From: Eledone cirrhosa
Lineage: Eukaryota
Direction: 5' to 3'
DNA length: 64,000 nucleotides
Assembly: GCA_964016885.1 (NCBI GenBank)
Contig: OZ024741.1
Span: forward strand, 69,068,001 to 69,132,000
In this document: positions 43,151 through 56,966 of the stretch, one piece after another
Position numbering within the stretch: the stretch's first letter is position 1
Layout of the letters: each line of letters opens with the position of its first letter
Notes under the pieces: generated by a model
What the model was told of the DNA's origin: nothing
What the model saw: the letters and a program-made list of their open reading frames with translations, nothing else
Databases searched by the model: none
Translations under genes and position numbers: made by a program

Positions 43151-43474
43151 ATAACCTAATATTGAAAAAAAAAAATAAATAAAGGGATTGTCATAGATGG
43201 AGCGCTTTCACGGGGTTTGTGGAATGGATTCATAAATTACATATAATTGTGATAATGCTGTAATGTTGATTAATTAATTAAAATATCGTAAAATTTTGTT
43301 ATGGAAAAAAAAAAAAGAAATAAAGAAATAAACGAGAAATGAGAAATAAAACTTTTAAAACATTCTGATTGGATGCAGGCATGGCTGTGTGGTTAAGGAA
43401 GTTCGTTTCGCTTTGCAACCACGTGGCTCTGGGTTCAGTCACGCTGCACAGCATTTTACTAATGTCTTCTACTA

Positions 43475-43897
43475 TACGAGGCTCGGCTGAAATGTTCGTA
43501 GCCTGACCAAGATACTCTCATGGAATGACCAAATGAGGTTTATTTTTCAACACAGTCCCTGGAAAGAAACAATGCAATTATTATTATTATTAAGAAGAAT
43601 TTTAGGGCAGTGGATTGGCAGTATCGGTAGAGGGTCGGACGCCATGCTTTGACGCAGTGAGTTACGGCCCTTGCCATTCTGAGTTCAAATCCCGCCGAGG
43701 TTAATTTTGCCTTTCATGCTTACGGGGTCGATAAAATAAAGTACCAGTAATTCACTCGGTATTTGCTGGTCTTGTGCCAAAAAGTAGAACAAAATTATTA
43801 AGAAGAATTGAAATCAATGCATGCAAGATTTCACAGCCCTAGCATATCACTCCTTCATAGTCAGCCTACGATCTTTTCAACTCGGCCCACCCTCGTA
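43475..43897. mobile_element. Mariner-type MITE carrying a SINE insertion
   Basis: TA-CGAGG.TCGGCTGAAA.GTTC termini ...CCCTCG-TA. Confidence 0.8.
43602..43793 (+). mobile_element. SINE family A, with 16-bp TSD
   Basis: TSD ATTATTAAGAAGAATT at 43586-43601 and 43794-43809. Confidence 0.9.
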
Positions 43898-44564
43898 GCC
43901 TCGTGTTCATGGCTATGGAATTTGGTTGATGGAAACTGAAGACAGCCGTGTGTGTAGGGGGTGATTTGCATCTGTGTTTATGTCACTTAATTTAGCGAAC
44001 GATAAAATATTAGACTTGGAAAAAAAAAAAAAAAAAAAAATAGTACTGAGGTCGTCGATATGATCGATTAAAAATCAAGACTGTGCTTCAGTGTGGCTAC
44101 AGTCTAATGATTGAAACCAGTAAAAAATAAAATAAAATGAATAAAAATCAAAAGAATTTACGCATGTTTAGGTTTAGTTCGATCTGTCAGATCCTTGTCT
44201 AACCAGACTCTACTGTAGTCATAGATCGATTACAAGGAAGAAGACAGGATGGTCACGTCTGGAATGCCCTTAAACGTATAGATCTGATTGAACAAGGCTG
44301 TATTTGAACACAGTAACGAGTTGGTGTCTACATGGTTGTTCGATCTGCTAGAAATAGCAGCCATGAAAAATTTAAATTTAGGGGATACACCTCTAATCGC
44401 TTTAGAAAATACCCTTTTTGTGGGACAGTGTGTATGTATGTGCACACACACGCGCGCGCGCACATATAAAATGATTTCTACATGACTAGAACGGTTTCAT
44501 TCGTATGAAATAATAGTGACTACCTTATTTAACTGTTGTTTTTATCCGATCTCCTTCGGAAACC

Positions 44565-44633
<69 letters not shown>

Positions 44634-44773
44634 ACGAGGTTATAGGAAATATATTCGTTATAATCTCGATTGCTCACAATTACTCACTCAACGAGATATG
44701 GTTTGACCGTATATCGAGTAAACATGTCCCAGAGTGTTAACAGGGTATATTCGAATGTGGCCATTGCACGTGG

Positions 44774-44838
<65 letters not shown>

Positions 44839-45000
44839 GTGGTAAGAAACCAGTGGACCATAACGCACCAAAGTACTCGATACTTAGGGTAGTAGAGTAG
44901 GTAATATGAAAAGGGTCAGGACCCCGACGGCTGAGCTCCGGCCCTTTCGACAGCTAGAACCGAACTAAACCAGCAGTATATGAATACTGCTGACTCTTTT

Positions 45001-45304
45001 CATATATATATATATGTATATATGTATATATATATATATATGTGTATATATGTATATATATATATATATGTGTATATATATATATATATGTGTGTGTATA
45101 TATATATATATATGTGTATATATATATATGTATATATATGTATATATGTGTGTATATATATATATATGTATATATGTATATATATATATATATGTATATA
45201 TATGTGTATATATATATATATGTATATATGTGTGTATATATATATGTATATATGTGTGTATATATATATATATATGTATATATGTGTGTATATATGTATA
45301 TATG

Positions 45305-45335
<31 letters not shown>

Positions 45336-45522
45336 ATGTGTGTATATATATATATGTATATATGTGTGTATATATATATATGTATATATGTGTGTATATA
45401 TATATATATGTATATATATGTGTGTATATATATATGTATATATATGTGTGTATATGTATATATATGTGTGTATATATATATGTATATATATGTGTGTATA
45501 TATATATATGTATATATATGTG

Positions 45523-45553
<31 letters not shown>

Positions 45554-45558
45554 GTGTG

Positions 45559-45603
<45 letters not shown>

Positions 45604-45862
45604 GTGTGTATATATATATATGTATATATGTGTGTATATATATATGTGTGTATATATATATATATATGTATATATGTGTGTATATATATATATGTATATA
45701 TGTGTGTATATATATATATATGTATATATATGTGTGTATATATATATGTATATATATGTGTGTATATGTATATATATGTGTGTATATATATATGTATATA
45801 TATGTGTGTATATATATATATGTATATATATGTGTATATATATATATGTATATATATGTGTG

Positions 45863-45907
<45 letters not shown>

Positions 45908-46106
45908 GTGTGTGTATATATATATATGTATATATGTGTGTATATATATATGTGTGTATATATATATATGTATATATATGTGTGTATATATATATATGTA
46001 TATATATGTGTGTATATATATATATGTATATATATATATGTATATATATATATGTATATATATATATGTATATATATGTGTGTATATATATATATGTATA
46101 TATATG

Positions 46107-46139
<33 letters not shown>

Positions 46140-46160
46140 GTGTATATATATATATATGTA

Positions 46161-46219
<59 letters not shown>

Positions 46220-46300
46220 GTATATATGTGTGTATATATATATATATATGTATATATGTGTGTGTATATATATATATATATGTATATATGTGTGTATATA

Positions 46301-46339
<39 letters not shown>

Positions 46340-46462
46340 ATATATATATATATATGTATATATGTGTGTGTATATATATATATATATGTATATATGTGTG
46401 TGTATATATATATATATATGTATATATGTGTGTATATATATATGTATATATATATATATATA
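45001..46462. repeat. (TA)n(TG)n compound array
   Basis: Direct reading. Confidence 0.95.
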
Positions 46463-46569
46463 ATACATATTTCATAAGAATAAAGAAGGAACTATGATGT
46501 TATATAATTTTATTGACATCTTTAAGGACAAAAATTTAAATATCTTGCTTTCTCCTCCATATATTTCTG

Positions 46570-46611
<42 letters not shown>

Positions 46612-46872
46612 ATTTTGGAAGGGTCATGCGGACAATTAAAACATGCACACCAGTTGAGTTTCACTTCAGATTTTATTGTTAATCGAGTAATTAAATCATC
46701 TGTCAGTTAATCAACCAATCGACTATTTGTTTAACTGTCTAAGCACTTTCATCACACTCTGCCACCTTATCAATGTCCTTTGTGTTTCCCCCGACATAAT
46801 TTTAACACATGCTCCATCTTCTTTCTCTTCGTCATCATCAAGGTTACATGACGTGGCGAAAGAGCTTTGAGG

Positions 46873-46917
<45 letters not shown>

Positions 46918-47030
46918 CACACATGCTCCCCTCTCTCTGTCAACATGAATGGACCTGTTATTTTTATCTCAAGACATTTTTTCCAATTCCACCCCGCCCG
47001 CCCCTTCAATCTATTTTATTTCTCATTCTT

Positions 47031-47066
47031 TCTTCTGATGAAGGAATAGCGTCCGAAACGTTAAGA
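47031..47066 (+). ncRNA. Minimal hammerhead ribozyme in a Penelope pLTR-like repeat
   Basis: TCTT-CTGATGA-AGGA(atagcg)TCC-GAAACGTT-AAGA with AACGTT palindrome. Confidence 0.6.
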
Positions 47067-47184
47067 CTCTCTTCCTGCTATATCAAGCGTTAACCTAATA
47101 TATTCCTTCCATATACTGTACTGATTATATTGTTATTTATGTTTACCTTTTGCGCGCGCGCGCGCGCACACACACACACACACG

Positions 47185-47219
<35 letters not shown>

Positions 47220-47222
47220 GCA

Positions 47223-47344
<122 letters not shown>

Positions 47345-48836
47345 CTTTCTTTTTTTTTTACTTTTCATTTCAATGTAACCTATCTTTGTATCGTCTTCTC
47401 CACCTGATGCCCATCTGACATATAAAAGAAGAAACAGTTATTATTATAGGATAGGATACCTGACGGTCAAGTTTAAACAGTTTCGATGGCTAAATGGGAA
47501 ATTAATTTCTCATTTACTTTATATATAAAGTGGGTAGACATCTCTCTCTCCCTCTCTCTCTCACACCCTCGATTGAACCTGGTATACACACACACACACA
47601 CACACACAGGAATAAGTAGGCGAAGAATTGCATAGAAATCCGTGCAATGCAAGTGTTATACACATACACACACACACACTTCCCTTTTGTGTGTAATGTA
47701 TATATGCCTCTTCATGTTCCATGGGAATCGCAGACAGTTTAATAGCTACTTAGCCATCAATCCAGCATCACATTGGAATTCTATATTTATGAGATAGAAT
47801 CCTAGAATATTAATAGTAAATAGCTATAACATAAACGGTCAAATTACACACGTCTCCATGTGGAGCCTTGTATATACAAAAGGAAAGGCAGTGAATTGGC
47901 TGAATTGTTAGAACGTCCATGTTCGTTCCAGCTCTCACCACTCTGAGTTCAAATCCCACCGAGGTCGACTTAGCCTTTCCTCTTTTTTCGAGGTCAATAA
48001 GTACCAGTCATTTGTACCTCTTTCTTATTCCCCCCTCACACATACACACACACTCACCCACTCTCTTGCTTTCTTTCATTCACCCTCTCGCTTTCTTTCA
48101 TTCACTCTCTCGTTCTCACACTCACTCTTTCGTGCTCGTTCACTCTCACTCATTCTCTCTCTCGTTCTCACTCTCTCTTGTTCTCACTCACTTTCTCACT
48201 TTCATCCACACACTCTCTCTCTCTCTCTCAATAAATGCTCAAGCCGTATATTACAAGAGGACCTATTCGACTCCATCGAGAGTTACGTGTCTCTCTCTAT
48301 ATATATACAGGATGTCTCAAAAGTCATTCTATTTTGAACAGCAATAAGTACACCAAAATATTAACTTTTGAGACACCCTATACAGGTTGTCCCCAACAAA
48401 TGTATACACACTTTGATTACCTGTACAGGCAATATTTATTAGAATGCTATTGAAGTGTGTATACATTTTTTGGGACATCCTGTATATATATATAGACACA
48501 TGTTATGTACCATATCCTCTGGTCGACCCATGCTTTGTTAGAGAAATTGTGTAACTGGAAACTATTTGGAAGCTCATCAGATGGGCTATGCCTGTAGTTC
48601 AAAGGCCCATTTGAGTCACACACTGTCACGCTGAATCTCCCTGAGAATTTACGTGAGTGATACATATGTCTGTAGAATGCTCAGCCTCTTACCACTTACA
48701 CGTTAATTTCACGAGCAGACTGTCTCGTTGACCGAACTACTGGAGCATTCATCGTCGTAACCTACGGAGATCCATTGCTATGTAAATGCTTGATAAATGC
48801 TTTATCGACTTCGAGATATATATATACATAAAATAC

Positions 48837-48953
<117 letters not shown>

Positions 48954-49894
48954 TATATAAACTTGAACGACGTCCGTCCGTCACACAGTGTGTGTGTGTG
49001 TGAATGTATGTGTGTGTAAAAGGAAGGAAGGGGATGGTGGAAAAAGTATATTTATATATTCATACATATGCACACGCATATACACATACGCGTCAGCGTG
49101 TTAAAAAAATCCTAGTAAATTAAACGTGACGACGTACTTATTACTCTGAGTATCTTGCTGAGAGCAGCAGTCGTCCATCAAAGGTTGAACAAAGTTTATT
49201 ACGTTGAATATAACATTGCTTCAGATAAATTACACTCTATTACCTTTAGTATTGAGTACACTTTCTTTTTGAACTAGTCACATGCAGCTTTAATATCTTT
49301 GCTCTTTCCCTTTTCCACTCAGCATTTATAGTCCTTTCCAATACTTTCTTTTTCTTTGTTTAACTAAATATCAAACTCTTTATTATTATGTAATTTTATC
49401 TTAGAAATATATTTCAGTATTTTGAAATATTATAATTTTTCCTTAAAAAAAAAAAATGTTTTTTGATTTAGCGAAGTCGCGATTAGGGTGTTGGACTTAC
49501 AATCACAATGTCGTGGGTTCGATCCTGGACCGGTGTGTGTGTGCGCGTGTGTGTGTGTGCGCGTGTGTGTGTGCGTGCGCGCTTGAACAAAAACATTTCC
49601 TTTAACGTTGCTCCAGTTTACTCAACTGAAAATGAGTACCAGCAGTTACTGGGAGGTTTAACCCCGTGATGGATTCGCGTCCTGTCCAGGAAAGCGGGGA
49701 CTCTTGTACTCTCAGTCCCTTTACGTCAAGGAAACCAGGATAAGCATCGGCTTGATAAGTCTCGGAGCTCGAGACAAATTTTGGTGGGTGGCAAAGTCGA
49801 TTATGCCAGTTCCAGTAATTAACTGGTACTTTATTTCATCGACCTCAGAGGGCTGAAAGGAAAAACTGACCAATAATAACATATATACACAAAT

Positions 49895-50083
49895 GGTGGT
49901 GAATTGGCAATATCGGTAGAGGGTCGGACGCCATGCTTTCCAGCATAGTAACGTCCCTTTATGGTCTGAGTTCAAATCCCTTCGAAGTTAACTTTGCCTT
50001 TCATCCTTACGGGGTCGATAAAATAAAGTCCCTGTAATGTACTGGGTAATTGCTGGCCTTGTGCCAAAAATAGAAACAATAAT
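49895..50083 (+). mobile_element. SINE family A, with 14-bp TSD
   Basis: TSD ATATATACACAAAT at 49881-49894 and 50084-50097. Confidence 0.88.
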
Positions 50084-50914
50084 ATATATACACAAATACA
50101 TGCCTGCTTATATGTATATAAATATATGTTTGTGCATCTAACTTCAGTATGTAAATGAATTTAACACACACGCACACACTGTGTAAACTATATTTTCTAT
50201 ACACATTTCAACCCCTTCAATAGCTAGCTGCTTATGTCTTAAACCTATTTTCCCCGCTTCCTTCTTTTTTTGTTTGTTTGTTTATTGATTATTCAGTGCT
50301 GATTCAAAACCTCTTCACTTGAGTAAATATTCCCCATGCCTTCTTTAGTCTAGTATCTTTTTTTATATATATAGTTAGGGCTTGCTGTACCCATGGAAAC
50401 CAGTTACAGATCGCTTACTCACTCATGCTCAACATACACCTGAAAGCAAGTCACACACATTCAAGCGCTTAAGAACGTACAACAGCCATAATTCTTTATA
50501 ACGTGTTTTTCGCTTGAAATATAGTTGGGCAGCACACTACAATATTTCATTGCGCTTAAAGGTTGCCAGCTCGATAACGTTTGATAAGCGGTCGTTATAA
50601 ACAGTGTGTGTGTGAGGGATAATGATATTGTTGTTATTGGATCTCCGTCAGTTTCGACGATGTGTTCGTTCCAACTAGTCTATCCTTAGAACAGCCTGCT
50701 CGTATACTCAAAACGTAGTTTTCGGGGAGTTTCAGTTACAGGTACAACTCATTCCCATCTCCACCACAGTGGACATGTGTAACGTGAATTATAGTATCAT
50801 GATCAAGGACACAACCAGCTGCCGGGAATCGAACTCACGGTCTTGAACCGAACACCCTAATCAATAAGCCATGTGCGATATTACACTCAAACACACACTC
50901 CAAACATACATTCA

Positions 50915-51188
50915 CACACTCAACTCAACACATTCAACTCAACACATTCAACTCAACACATTCAACTCAACACATTCAACTCAACACATTCAACTCAACA
51001 CATTCAACTCAACACATTCAACTCAACACACTCAACTCAACACACTCAACTCAACACACTCAACTCAACACACTCAACTCAACACACTCAACTCAACACA
51101 CTCAACTCAACACACTCAACTCAACACACTCAACTCAACACACTCAACTCAACACACTCAACTCAACACACTCAACTCAACACACTCA
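50915..51188 (+). repeat. 14-bp minisatellite (CAYTCAACTCAACA)n, ~19 copies
   Basis: Direct reading; the variant switches from CATTC to CACTC. Confidence 0.95.
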
Positions 51189-51539
51189 CACACACCACTC
51201 GTGGGAATGGTTAGGAAGTTTTTCATAGTTATGTGTTGCCGGGTTCGATTCCACTGTGTGACGTATTGATCAAGTATCTTTTACCATTGGTCAAGTGTCT
51301 TTTACCATGGCCTCAGAACTTAATCAGTCACCCAGTTTAATGCCACAACCTGGCCATTGAGTGTTTTTAGAGGAATGGACTTTCTTGCAAGCATTCAGGC
51401 CAGGTCTCGGGTCTGAGGATAACTTGCTTCCACTAATCATTGGAGACCTCTGAAAAGATTCATTGATGCTGGTCTTTCCCATGAAAGGAAGGCCTTCACC
51501 CTTTGGAGCCGTGGAGGCGTCGTCATGACACGCGGTGGA

Positions 51540-51780
51540 TGTCTTAGACATTTTAAACATGGAGCTCATCTCTCTCCAGGTCAGAACACAACCGATTTGT
51601 TCCAGAGAGAGGGAGGGACAGGGTCGATCTCACTACTGGCCTACTGTATTTATCGAACTCGAAAGGATGAAAAGCAAAGTTAACCTCGGTAAGATTTGAA
51701 CACAGAGAGCAGAGAACCTGAACAAACACCACAAAGCATTCTATCCGACGTTCTAACAACTCTGCCAATTCACTGCCTCA
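51540..51780 (-). mobile_element. SINE A-related family with an extended 3' part (also 15055-15320 and 21990-22255)
   Basis: Shared core plus a shared TTTTAAACATGGAG..CTCTCCAGG..ACAGC.GATTTCTTCCAGAGA-type segment. Confidence 0.65.
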
Positions 51781-52282
51781 TATCAGTATACTATCTAAAT
51801 AAAAAGGAAAGCAGTGAGCCAGAACATATTCCGATGCATTTAATGTGACAATCATAACGACTCTGCCATTTCGCTGCTTTGTGACTAAGACATAAAAAGT
51901 GATGTGATGTGTAATAAATCGGGATAGAAGGGTGTGGAATGGACCACCATCGGTTTCGACGATGAGTATGTATTCCAGTTAATAGATCAACGGAACAGTC
52001 TGTTTATGAAATTTACGTGCAAGTGGCTGAGCATTATACAGACACGTGTGCCCATAACGTAATTCTCAAGGAGATTCAACATAACACTGTGTAATTTCTA
52101 TCTGACGGGCTTCTAAACAGTTTTCGTCTACCCAATTTCACTGACAAGATACAAGGTCAACCTGAAGCTATGGTAACTGACAATTACTCAAGATGCCACG
52201 AGGTGGGTTCAAACCCGCGACCTAATGATTGCGAAACGAACTTTTTAACCATTCGGCCAGGTTATATTCTCTAGTGATAGGT

Positions 52283-52740
52283 AATGGTTTCTGATTTAGG
52301 CACAAGGCCAACAATTTTAGTGGAGGAGTGAATCGATTAAAACGACTCCAGTCCATTACTGGTACTTTATTTTATCGACCTAGTAAGGATGAAACGTAAA
52401 GTTAACCTCGGCGAGATTTGAACTCAGAACGTAAAGGGCCATAACTATATGCCGTAAAGCATGTTGTCTGCCGCTCTACCGATACTGTTAATCTACCACC
52501 CTAGTTTCTCGTGATAGATAATGATTTCTGGTTTATGCATAAGACTAGCAATTTTGCGGGGAAGGGAAAGCCAATTAAATCGACCCAGTGCATTACTGGT
52601 GCTCAATTTTATTGACCATCATAAGGATGAAAGGCAAAGCTAACCTCAGCAGTATTTGAACTCAGAACATAACGGGACGTAATTATATGCCGCAAAGCAT
52701 GTTGTCCGACGCTCGACTGATGCTGCCAATCCATCACCAC
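52283..52740 (-). mobile_element. Two tandem SINE family A-related copies
   Basis: Reverse-complement core (CTGGTACT..ATCGACC..AAGGATGAAA..GATTTGAACTCAGA) occurs twice. Confidence 0.8.
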
Positions 52741-53736
52741 AGACTCGAGTGATTGATAATAAATGTTCCTTTTAATTATATCTTCTCCCCCCCCCCTTTA
52801 TTTTCTCTCTTTATTCAATACCTCCTCAGCCTGTACCTCTTGAACTTCATTTGGCAATCTTATTGTCAAATAACATGCTATGGTTATGACAGGGTTGTCG
52901 GTTGACCTTCATAAGTTCAAAGGGAACTCCACCCCGTTCTCATTATCTGCTGATCTAGAATTTTCTCTATCGTTTTGACCTTGATTTTTAGGGTCCTTAT
53001 TTGACCCAGTAATTGCTAGGTATCGTTAGATTTAACATTTCTCTTTCAGGTCTTTCATTTCCGAATCATTTCTATTTCTCTTCTGTTTCTATGATGTATG
53101 GTTGACTTTTAAAAAGGAACTTTCACACACACACGCACACATAGTAGACACATAGTAGATGTATGCACACACGCACACTCATCATAAGTATGAGTTGGAC
53201 ATACACAAACATAAATTTATACGTGCGTGCGCGCTCACACACACATTGTGTGAATTTATGCAATTGCGCGTATACGCAGACTTGATATGAATTACACACA
53301 CGCACACAACATATTCACAAGCGTTTCGTGTATATATATATATATATACACACACACTTGCATACATTTAGGTAGGACGTACACGCACACTAGTTTGAAT
53401 TCCACACACACACATACACACACATATATACACGCGCATCACAGCCTTAGCTATGAATGAATGACCAAAACGAACTAACGAACCGAAATATTTGGTTTGT
53501 AGAAACAAACTAGATTTACTCTTGCATGCACGAATATTGCATTTTCATTTAGTTTATTTTTACAACTGAACACAAAACTCAGACCTTCGTTTCTATACAC
53601 ATGCACTATGTGTGTTTACGTCTGCGGGTATATGCAGGGTCGGCACTCCCATTAGGTCACTAAGGCTGGGTACAGACCTCAGAGAGGCGCATTACTGGAC
53701 CTTAAGGGATCACAGTTTCATACAAATTTGTTTGAT

Positions 53737-53906
53737 TACCGTATTTCCCGGCGTCGAAGAGGCTTCGTCCTCGAGGACACACCTTAATTTCGACAACCAA
53801 AAATTTGAAAAAAAATAATAAACAACTGCGACCTCCAGGACGCATGGTAGATTTTCGAGACTTATTTTAGGAAAAAAGTAGCGTCTTCGACACCTGGAAA
53901 TAGGTA
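53737..53906. mobile_element. Pogo/Tc2-like MITE
   Basis: TACCGTATTTCC.GG.GTCGAAGA ... TCTTCGACACCTGGAAATAGGTA inverted termini with TA. Confidence 0.7.
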
Positions 53907-54924
53907 AGTTGAATACATAATAATTTCCTGTGATGAATTTATCACTACTAAGCATTTTTAACGTGTAGGCAGCCTTGGAAATATCCAAAACAGTGGAGAG
54001 GGTTGTATGATATCATGACATACTCTCAGGTCTTGAATAATTCCAACCGCCCTGGTTATTGAATTTTGCTAATCTATCTCCAGCGAAATGTTATTGTAAT
54101 TCATATTGATACTGCTACTGGAGAATCTAATAATAATTTTATTTTACGTTAAAAAAACATTATACATGACAAACAAAAAAGAACATTATCAGAAATCCCA
54201 TATTTACAAACGTACACTTTACAATTACCGATTCCCTCCCCCGCTTATAAGAATTTACTCAAATGTCCAACCCCACCACCCACTTATTCCAACACCCCCT
54301 ATTATTTGGGTAAATACTACTAAATCAATCCAAATTCTTGATTATTTTCAAAATGATTTAAAGATCATAGACAATGTCTTTTATTAGAACTCTGATAACC
54401 AAAGGATTAAACTTTATCTGAATTCCTTGTTAATGTTAAAATGTTTATTTTGATAATTCCTTGTGTGTGCCATTGCTCTTTTTTGCTTTATCTCTTATGT
54501 GATGAAGAACAAGCGCCCTCTAGAATTATAGCCCGATTGTACTGGGGGAAGGAAAGAAAGGATGAAGGGGAAAGACTGTCACTACATCCGAGTCTGAGCG
54601 GTGGTACAACCGCGCCTCACGAAGGACAAAGCGGCAAAAGCGTTACAGCGGAGAATGGCTAGAGACACCCGCTACAACAGACACCCCACCTCACGGGGTC
54701 CCTCATCAAATTATCCTTTAACCATGTGATGTAAATTTTGTATCTTTCTGTTTTTGTAGAAATAAAAGGCAAATTATATGTAACAATGTCTTGTTATATT
54801 TACGAAAAACGAAAGACGCCGATTGTTTGATCAGACCAAGGAAACAATGTTTCCATTAATCTTTCCGTTTCTTACGCAGTTAACAGGAATAAACACCGGA
54901 GAATTTAATCCGACGCTATGATGG

Positions 54925-55135
54925 GCGGGCAAAACTAACCGGTAGGCAACTCAGGGGTAGATCCCAAGCAAGATGCTTGGATAACATCCATGAACTTGGC
55001 TGGTCTCGCTTGGGGATCCAGCCGAATTAGTTGGAGACGGTTGCTCCTGACAGGACTCGCTGGAAGGAGTGTTTGAGGACTCTGCCCCCACGACACTCTT
55101 AGGAATAAGTATACGAAGAAGAGTTATGATGACTC
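54925..55135 (+). mobile_element. RTE (Rex3/Expander-like) C-terminal fragment
   Basis: Manual translation RAKLTGRQLRGRSQARCLDNIHELGWSRLGIQPN*LETVAPDRTRWKECLRTLPPRHS*. Confidence 0.7.
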
Positions 55136-55395
55136 TACCAATTCGCTGCAATTGTTCAGGTCGCCTTGGTGTAAGGGTTAACGCAGCTGTTCAGCATACG
55201 GCAGATGTGCAGTTGGATTTTCGTTGACATCCCTGTCTACATTATATTTAGCAATATACTAAATGTTTGTGTCAAGTAGCTAAAGTACCGAGACTATGTA
55301 TGTTAAAGTTCACATGCGTACGTTTAAATAAATATTCAATCAGCCTCGCTGTGTAAATAGACCCTCTCTCACTCTCTCTTCTACCCCTAGCTCTT

Positions 55396-55426
<31 letters not shown>

Positions 55427-56264
55427 GTACACAAACGTACGTACACATACACACACGTATGTATATTTATTTATATAAATGTGTGTGTGAGAGTGTTTAA
55501 ACAAAATGCACGCATATACGTTTATTTTCAGTTTATATATATAATGTCTCTGTATACAGGCATGTATAATTTGATTTTAGTTACAACTGAGAACAAGTAT
55601 TAAGAATTCCTAAGTTGTCATGGTATTACGTGTACACACACACACACACATATATATAACAGTGTGTTTCTTCTGTAAGAGTGCACTATTTACAAAAGCT
55701 ATTTGCCTGCACATCTGCTTTGTTCGCGCGTGCAATTATTTGCAGGTGTCTAATGTTTTTGAATGCCTGTGGCAATATCTATATATGCATATTTATGTAC
55801 ACACATGCATACGCTCGCACACACATATAAACGCACGCACATGCACACAAATACACATACACACACATACAAGCGTGTCATCACATTCATTTTAGGTTGT
55901 GATCGTGTTGTGAGAAAGTCTTTTTTACCTTTATCTACTTCAGATTCGTTGAGCCGACCCCCCCTTCTCTCTGTTGTTATATCAGTTGAGCTTCATACTG
56001 GATTAATTAATGTGTAAGTGGCTGAGTATTCCACAAACAGGTGTGTTTATTGTATCATCGTCGGTTTCTGTGACGAATGTTCCAGTTGTTTTGGGGGCTC
56101 TGGAATATTATATGCTTATGAAATTAACGTGCATATGGCTGAACATTCAACAGATACGTGTCTCTCTTGTCACGCTAAACTCCGCCAGTTGCAGACTGCG
56201 CATCAGCATGTGATATCTCTCTTCACAAAGTTCGATCACCAGCAGCAGAGTTAAAGAGCAAAGA

Positions 56265-56460
56265 TCAAGTCAAGCCATCGTTTTGGCTGCCGGCCTCTGC
56301 TTCTCTTACCAGCCAACCTTCCTTCCAGGCATAACTTACTCACGCCACCAGTTGAGCTTTTTATATGGTCGTATAATTTCAGTACTCTTATCTTGACAAT
56401 TGATGTAATTGATCTAAGTTTGGTAATGTTGAGCAGCTCACTGATGCAGATACGGTCGCC
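56265..56460 (-). mobile_element. RTE/BovB-like C-terminal fragment
   Basis: LKLYDHIK..KLCLEGRLAGKRSRGRQPKRWLD. Confidence 0.7.
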
Positions 56461-56781
56461 GAGCCGCTTGCCAATCATAAGACTCATGATGTGGTTCTGG
56501 AATGTTGAGAGCTTCTAAAGTGACCTTGTCGTCCAATTAACACAGTCAAGACCATATAACACAATTAGTAGGATATGTGTACCTATAAAGTAAATTCTCA
56601 GCGAGATTCAGCATGATACAGGGCTTAACACGGCATGGTTGGCTTATCTCAGGTGCATCTCATTTATTTTTCCCAGCTCAGTGAACTGGAATCACGTGAA
56701 ATAAAGTCTCTTGTTCATGAATACAATGCTCCGCCGAAAATCGAACTCACGACCTAATGCACCTTCGTTATAGAGAGTTGT

Positions 56782-56966
56782 GGTGGATTGGCAATATCGG
56801 TAGAGGGTCGGACGCCATGCTTTGCAGCATAAAGTTACGCCCCTTTATGATCTGAGTTCAAATCCCGTCGAGGTTAACTTTGCCTTTCATCCTTACGGGG
56901 TCGATAAAAGGAAGTACCAGTAATACACTGGGATAATTGCTGGCCTTGTGCCAAAAGTAGAAACAA
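56782..56966 (+). mobile_element. SINE family A, with TSD
   Basis: TTATAGAGAGTTGT at 56768-56781 versus TTATAGAGACTTGT at 56967-56980. Confidence 0.88.

Larger units (their letters stand above)
43375..43950 (+). mobile_element. Third tRNA SINE family, split by a mariner MITE (related copies 52095-52260 -, 57275-57370 +)
   Basis: TGGCTGTGTGGTTAAG..GGGTTCAGTC..GTCTTCTACTA|TAGCCTCG..TTTGGTTGATGGAAACTGAAG. Confidence 0.7.

Noticed and set aside
50871-51269. Repetitive ORFs (STHSTQHTQLNTLN)
   Set aside because: Translation of the 14-bp minisatellite
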